In this document: positions 57,738 to 64,000 of the stretch, piece by piece | Layout of the letters: every line of letters begins with the position of its first letter | Numbering within the stretch: the first letter of the stretch is position 1 | NCBI RefSeq assembly: GCF_009914755.1 | Contig: NC_060927.1 | Direction: 5' to 3' (one strand) | DNA: 64,000 nucleotides | From: the human T2T-CHM13v2.0 reference genome, Homo sapiens | The notes under the pieces: generated by a model | What the model saw: the letters and a program-made list of their open reading frames with translations, nothing else | Databases searched by the model: none | What the model was told of the DNA's origin: nothing | Position numbers and translations under genes: made by a program

Positions 57738-57893
57738 CCAGGTTCTCAACCCTGGATGACTGCTCATTAAGATTACCCAGAAGAATTAAAAAAAAAAATG
57801 CAAAACGAACAAAACAAAACCTCATGCCTGGGATACATCACAGACAAATTGGATCAGAATCTCTGGGTATGCGGCCAGGATTGAGAACAGCTG
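57738..57893. mobile_element. MER5A1-like MITE
   Basis: inverted termini ggttctcaaccctgg ... ccaggattgagaac. Confidence 0.7.
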
Positions 57894-58544
57894 TATGAGA
57901 AGACCAGGCCCCTGCCTGCCTCTGGAAGTGGGCCTATCTCGGGCTCTCCTGGTTCTTTCAGCTCTAACCATACTGGCTGCTTTCCTGTTCCCTGCACACA
58001 GCAAACTCATTTCTGCCCCAGAGCCTTTGTGCTTAATGTTCCTCCTGCCTAGAATTCTCTCTTGCAGGACTCATGCCCTCACTTGTTTCACGCCTCTGCA
58101 CAGATGCCACCACCCCTGAGAGACCTCTGTGACCTTCCTGTCTTACCAACTTATCCCTCTAGCTGCTTCCCCCCTTTGTGTCTCCTCTTCGTCTTGCTTT
58201 TTTTTTTTTTTTTTTTTGTCTTCATAGCAGGTACTACTCTCAACACTGTATGTCGTGTTACTTCCTTACTTATTTGCTCTTTATCTTTCTCTGTAGAATT
58301 TAAGTTGCATGAGGACAGAGACCTTATCTGTCTTGTTGAACACTGTATTCCTGATACCTGGAACAGTGTCTGGCCATAAGCAGATGATGAATAGTATTTA
58401 TAATGAATGAGAGTAGTCAGTGGTTGACTGCATTATGGTGTTTCTGGCTTTTTATAGCTGAGTTGGCCCTGGTTGGACAGAAGCAAGAATGCTTCATCCC
58501 TGGTAAACGGTCAGTCTGGTCTTCTCCATGTATTTTGTTCTTCT

Positions 58545-58722
58545 TAATAATAATAATAATTTTTTAATTATAATTACTATTTTATTAATTATAATAATAA
58601 TTACTAATTATTATTATTACAGACTGGGACTCACTGTGTTGCCCAGGCTGACCTTGAACTCCTGAGCTCAAGCGATCCTCTTGAATAGCTGGGACTACAG
58701 GCATGTGCCAGCATGCCCAGCT
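58545..58722 (-). mobile_element. FLAM Alu monomer with TAA/TTA-expanded tail
   Basis: ctcactgtgttgcccaggctgaccttgaactcctgagctcaagcgatcc. Confidence 0.8.
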
Positions 58723-58733
58723 CAACTTTGGTT

Positions 58734-59530
58734 TTTGTGTCTTTTTTTTAAATTTTAGGTTTGGGGGTACATGTGAAGCATGGGAAGATTTGTCACATAG
58801 ACAAACACGTGTCACGGGGGTTTGTTGTACATATTATTACATTACCCAGGTATTAAGCTCAGTACCCAATAGTTATCCTTTCTGCCCCTCTCTCTCCTTC
58901 CACCCTCCCCCTCCACAAGTAGACTCTGGTGTCTGTTGTTTCCTTGTGTTCATAAGTTCTTATCATTTAGCTCCCACTTATAAGTGAGAACATGCAGTAT
59001 TTGGTTGTCTGTTCCTGCATTAGTTTGCTAAGGATGATAGCCTCCAGCTCCATTCGTGTTCCCGCAAAAGACATGATCTCATTCTTTTTTATGGCTGCAT
59101 AGTATTCCATGGTGTAGATTTACTACATTTTCTTTATCCAATCTGTCATTGATGGGCATTTAGGTTAATTCCATGCCTTTGCTATTGTGAATAGTGCTTC
59201 AGTGAACATAATTGTGCATGTGTATTTATGGTAGAATACTTTATATTCCTCTGGGTGTATACTCAGTCATGGGATTGCTGGGTGGAATGGTAGTTCTGCT
59301 TTTAGCTCTTTGAGGAATCACCCTACTGCTTTCCACAATGGTTGAACTAATTTACACTCCCACCAACAGTGTGTAAGGGTTCCCTTTTCTCCACAACGTT
59401 GCCAGCATCTGTTGTTTTTTGACTTTTTAATAATAGCTGTTCTGACTGGTGTGAGATGGTATCTCATTGAGGTTTTGATTTGCATTTCTCTAATGATCAG
59501 TGATATTGAGCTTTTCTTCATATGCTTGTT
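58734..59530 (-). mobile_element. L1PA15/16-like 3' fragment
   Basis: ORF 59318-59521(-) gives [16 protein letters not shown]...[14 protein letters not shown] (L1 ORF2p C-terminus); degenerate TSD at 58715-58733 and 59531-59549. Confidence 0.92.
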
Positions 59531-61829
59531 GCCTGGTTCAACTTTGATTCAGGAAAGCATTTCCTTGTTTCTTCCTAAGGGAGGAATGTAAAGAGGAAAA
59601 ATAAAAAATGGCAGGATAGCCTGACTATTTTCCTGAAGAAACATGACTGTCTTCAAATTATCAGATCTTTGCCTTGAATTGGTTTTGCTTTTTTGATAGG
59701 GTGTGGAAGACTTTTCATTTACCCTGATCAAAAACATTTTTAAAGAGAAGCTTATGATCACTTGTAGTAGCTAAGATTGATATCAGAATGTGAAATATCA
59801 GAGGTGATCCTGGCTTGGATTTGGAGATGATGTATTGAACATAATGGCTCACTTCAACGTGGCTGATTTTTTTTTTAAGTCTTCATTTGGAGCAGTGTCA
59901 GTTTAACAGTCAGATCTGACATAACTGTATTACATAATCAGACTTTTCAAGGATACAGATTGAAAGGGCTTTTCAGTTAGGTCTTAGAACTTCTTTTATT
60001 TTGTATCCTTTGAGATCAGTCTTCCTGCTTTTGATCTTTTGCCCTTGATCCATGTTTCTTCAGTAGGTTAATTCCGAGCTGGGGTTCCGAGGAATTCTTC
60101 AGTTTAAAAGAGAACACACAATAACGTCTTTGTAATAACAAAATTGAGTGAGGTCAGGGAACTACGTCAGTCCTGTTTGAGAAGTATCACTAATGCCTAC
60201 CTGCCATACCTGGGAATGCTAGTAAGTTGCTTGAGCAGTAGTGATTCAGGTGCGAGATTCAGTCCCGCATACAAACTGACTGTCTTGTTTTATGTTTTGT
60301 GTTTAATAGCATTTGGTCTCTCTTATGCACCTTGTCTTTTAGTTCTAACACATTGATGGTATTCATTGTACGTAAACATTTGCATCAAATTTTGCTCATG
60401 AAGTATAAAATATACGGTCTTTCATCTATCGTGAGACCATTTTTTCTCTTTAGGCAGAGTGATTCCTCTTGTTTTCCCTTTGTGGCCTTTGGATTAATCA
60501 TGGTCCTCTAGGGTACAGACACCTGAAAATTCAGCTCATACAGGAATTAGTTGGCTCCCATAACTGGCTGGAGCTCGGTGGTTGAAGTGATGCTGTCATG
60601 TCTCCAGGGGCTGGACTGTCTGACACCCTCTCCATGTTTCATCTTTGCTTCCCTCTAGGTGGACTCCATTGTCAGGCAGGTCCTCCCTCTTAATGTCCAC
60701 ACCATCGTCTGCAACTCTGGATTTGCAAGCTCTTTTTAGCTGTGTTAGTGGAAGGTGAATGTCTTTGCCCTGTTTCTCAGCTGGTTAAATCCCACCAACT
60801 CTGAGGCAGTGAGGTCTTAGCACTTAGATGCCTCTTTGACCAGGGCTGGGTCACAGGCCCACCTTTGGAGCAAGGAGATTGAGTGAATTCCATCCAAATA
60901 CAGGGACTCTGAGTGGTGGGAGACTGGTTCCCTTAGGAAATATGAGAAGTATTATTGGAACACTGCGGGAGTGGTCTTAGCTGGGCACACCAAGACCAAC
61001 TGGCTTCTCTGGTGTAATAATTGAAAGTGACCCATCGTCTGATAACTGAGGACCAGCTGTGTGCTAGAGGAGAACTTGCTCGAAGTCAGGAGATTTCAGC
61101 TCTTCTTTTTGTGTGTGTGATTTAGAAATCTAAATACATTTTCACTAACTCATTGAACAACACGATGCGGTGTGGGGTTGAAGGAGATTTTAGGTCTTTT
61201 GATCATTGCTATGGCACTTGGAACTGTCTAACAATACCTGTTGTTGGTACTTTACCTGTTGGTTTCATGGGTGATATTTATTCTGAAGTTTCGTGAACTT
61301 AGACATGCCATTTCCCTTTGCTTAGTAACTGTTGTATTTGTAAAAAGGAGGCTTAGACAAGGTCACATTTAGCTCTAAAACTTTATGCTGTCATTTAGGC
61401 TACTCCTTCTATTTTCAAGAGGAAATATGAGACCTCAAGAAGGCGAGAGATCAGAATTGGTTGCATTTTATAGTTTCTCTAAGAGCAGAATCTGGGTTGC
61501 ATTTTATAGTTTGTCTAAGGGCTAAAATTACAACGTGAACACAAGAAAGCTGGTGACATATTTTTTAGAAGCCTCAAATTTGATTCAGAAACATAAACTG
61601 ATAATTATATGTGAAGTTCAGATGCTAATGCCTTGGGAGAATACAAAAATAAGAGGGGCCATGCTGTTCTTTGGACATATAGAATGCTATAAAAGATAAA
61701 AGGCAACCGTGTTTGTTATAGTTCACTTATAAGACATGATCAGATAAATGCTAAACAGACTTGTATAATATACCAGGAGAGACCAGTGCAAAAGAAACAT
61801 GAGACATGTTATCAAAGACACACAGGATA

Positions 61830-62175
61830 TGGTGGGAGAAGAAGCTGGAAATGTGAATTGAGGCCTATTGATTGCTGGGTTAAGGAGCTCAGGCCTTTAT
61901 TCTTGGCAATGAGAGCCTTTGATGATTTCTGGTTGGGAAAGGAGATGATCAACAGTGTTTCTGAAAGCCATTCCTACTGGAGAGCTGAGATAATTGGAGC
62001 CAGGGAGGCTACCAGGAGAATCTATGTGGGAGATATGATATGGGAAATGCGGGGCTTGAACCTGTGGCAGAGGCAGCAAGAATGGTGGAGGTGGCCATAG
62101 GTAGAAGGTAGACTTCGGGCTTGTTCATTGGCTTGGGGAGATACAAGTGAGAGAGAGAAGTTGAAGGAGTCTCCA
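61830..62175 (-). mobile_element. L2 fragment
   Basis: ttaaggagctcaggcctttattc...ggagccagggaggctaccaggag. Confidence 0.6.
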
Positions 62176-62189
62176 TCCTTTCCCACCTT

Positions 62190-62466
62190 CACCAGGGACT
62201 CACTGGTACAGAAGAACCAAAGCTTCAGTAACCCAGTTTTAGGTCAGGATAATAGGAGGCATGATTTGTATTCCAGAGTTCCTCACGCAATCGGGCTGAA
62301 GTCATCCTCCTTAGAACTTTGCCTAAAATCCCATCGTGATGGGCTTTTCCCCCTTCCCTGTCTTGCTTCCTTTACCTCCTTACAGGTTTATCCTGGGAGC
62401 ACTTCCTTAATAAATCACTTGTATGTGAATCACTTGTTCCAGGGTCCCCTGAACCAACCCAAGATA
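62190..62466 (+). mobile_element. LTR16-like ERVL LTR, 3' half
   Basis: cctgggagcacttccttaataaatcacttgtatgtgaatc...aacccaagata. Confidence 0.7.
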
Positions 62467-62489
62467 AAGATTCGTTTTTATCTTAGGTA

Positions 62490-62900
62490 AATCAAATCCA
62501 GGTCTGGTGTGGCAGCTGCGTGATCGATGAGAGCCAAATCCCTTGTCTCTACTCTCCCATTCTTAGTGTGTGCCTATTCTTAGGTTGTCTCTTTATCGTA
62601 AGATGGCTACGCTAGCTTCAGCCATTGTGTTCACATTCCAGGAAGCAGAAGAGAGTAAAGGGCAAAAGGATGCACCTACCCATTGAGGGAGCCTCCTTTA
62701 AAACCCTTGGCCAACCCAGCCCTCCACCTCCCACCCCCACCATGGCCGTCTCAGTCATGGATATCTGCAAGTGAGACCGGGAAATGTGTGGCAGGAGTGT
62801 TTTAATCTGGGCCCGTTGTCATCTCCTATAATAAAGTGGTCGATTGGTAAGGAAGAAAGGTGGAATGAGTACTGAGTATGCAGCAGTCTCTGCCACAAAA
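62490..62900. mobile_element. LTR33-like ERVL LTR
   Basis: aagatggctacgctagcttcagccattgtgttcacattccagg...gcagtctctgccaca. Confidence 0.5.
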
Positions 62901-62949
62901 GTTAAAACTGAAATTGAGAGTGTAGATCGTATCACCCTGGATGAGGAGG

Positions 62950-63620
62950 GGGAAGTATAGCAAAGTGGTTAAGGGTATAGGTTCTGGATTTAGACCTGGT
63001 TTTCAAACCCTTCCTTTGTGCTCATGTTTGCCTGATGTATGACTTGGGCCAATTACTAAGCCTCACTTTTCCCTTCTGAAAAATAAGGTTGGTGAAAATA
63101 GCTCAAAAGGTTGGCATGGGAATTTGCTGAGTCAAATATCATAATGAAACGTGTATTAATCTGTTTTTGCATTGCTATAAAGAAATACCTGAGACTGGGT
63201 AGTTTATTAGAAAAGAGGTTTAATTAGCTCATGGTTCTGCAGACATATAGGAAGCATGATGCTGGCATCTGCTCGGCTTCTGGGAAGGCTTCAGGAAACT
63301 TTGTCATGGTGGAAGGCAAAGGGAGTGCAGACTCATCTTACATGGCCAGAGTGGGAGCGAGAGAGAGAGTGGTGAGGTGCCACACACTTTTAAACAGCCA
63401 GATCTCGTGAGAACTCACTGTCACAATAACGGCACTAAGGTGATGGTGCGAAGCCATTCATGAAGGATCCACCCCTGTGATCCAATCACTTTCCACCAGG
63501 TCTCACCTCCAACACTGGGAATTACAATTCCACATGAGATTTGGGTGGAGATGCAGATCCAAACTATATCAAAACTCTTAGACTCAGCATAAGACCTGGT
63601 ATATATTATAGTTAATTTTG
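62950..63620 (+). mobile_element. MIR split by an MST LTR
   Basis: agcaaagtggttaagggtataggttctgga...; resumes cttagactcagcataagacctgg. Confidence 0.65.
63152..63571 (-). mobile_element. MSTA/MSTB-like solo LTR
   Basis: tgtattaatctgtttttgcattgctataaagaaatacctgag...agatccaaactatatca; 5-bp TSD aaacg/aaact. Confidence 0.92.
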
Positions 63621-63679
63621 GCCATTTTATGTATGAGGAGCTGGGGTGTCGGCTTAGAGATGTTTTTAAGAGCAGAGAG

Positions 63680-63965
63680 TGAACAGGCCTACAAGGACAG
63701 CAAGGCCAAGAGTAGGAGCTGGGGGTTGCAGGGAGGTGGATGCTTTGAGGGGAGGTGATGAAGAAGGTCGCATGGCACCAAGACTGGAGAGGATGAGGTC
63801 TGAGAAGTCAGTTGACTTTAGCATTTAGGTCACTGATGACCTTTGAGAGCATTGTGGTAGCATGGCAGTGGCGGAATGTTCTTAAGAAATCAGAAAGGTC
63901 AGGTATGGCTCTCATGTCGTAGATGAAGAACTATGGTGACTGTATGTTTTTCTTTGAAACTGGCC
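63680..63965 (-). mobile_element. L2 fragment
   Basis: ggatgaggtctgagaag...gactttagcatttaggtcactgatgacctttgagagc. Confidence 0.6.
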
Positions 63966-64000
63966 TAAGTGCAGCCTGCCCTGCCACTCCCACAACCACT

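Larger units (their letters stand above)
56490..58410 (+). mobile_element. L2 element fragmented by an Alu monomer and several hAT MITEs
   Basis: ctagatgatctcatcc...gctgatgact...; 3' end catgaggacagagacc...gaacagtgtctggc...aatgaatga. Confidence 0.75.

Noticed and set aside
59318-59521. ORF with HCWWECK motif
   Set aside because: Same L1 ORF2p remnant in a truncated L1PA15/16.

Overview
This is primate (very likely human) non-coding genomic DNA. I find no supportable protein-coding gene, tRNA/rRNA, CRISPR array or CpG island. Roughly half of the window is recognisable interspersed repeat: about 24 Alu copies or monomers, L1PA/PB/M fragments, many MIR and L2 relics, MaLR/ERV LTRs (THE1, MST, MLT1, MER21, LTR16/33-like) and hAT-Charlie MITEs (MER5, MER30). 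The recognisable ORFs in the track are Alu/L1/LTR translations; the rest match no protein family I know. The + strand is T-rich and most L1s and Alus lie on the - strand, which suggests (inference) a long intron of a gene transcribed on +; I cannot name the gene. I see no new biological system. The most unusual directly visible features are: an Alu and an L1PA sharing one identical 14-bp target-site duplication present three times (53439-54270); an 89-bp inverted local copy of an L1MC segment (23545 vs 24623); a possible L1 3' transduction (7057-7111); a 14-bp direct repeat around a tail/microsatellite-only insert (46487-46560); and a perfect 14-bp hairpin (30436-30470). Repeat-free stretches hold candidate enhancer motif clusters and cryptic exons. 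Subfamily calls come from remembered consensus sequences, and boundaries without a TSD are approximate; both need RepeatMasker/Dfam confirmation.
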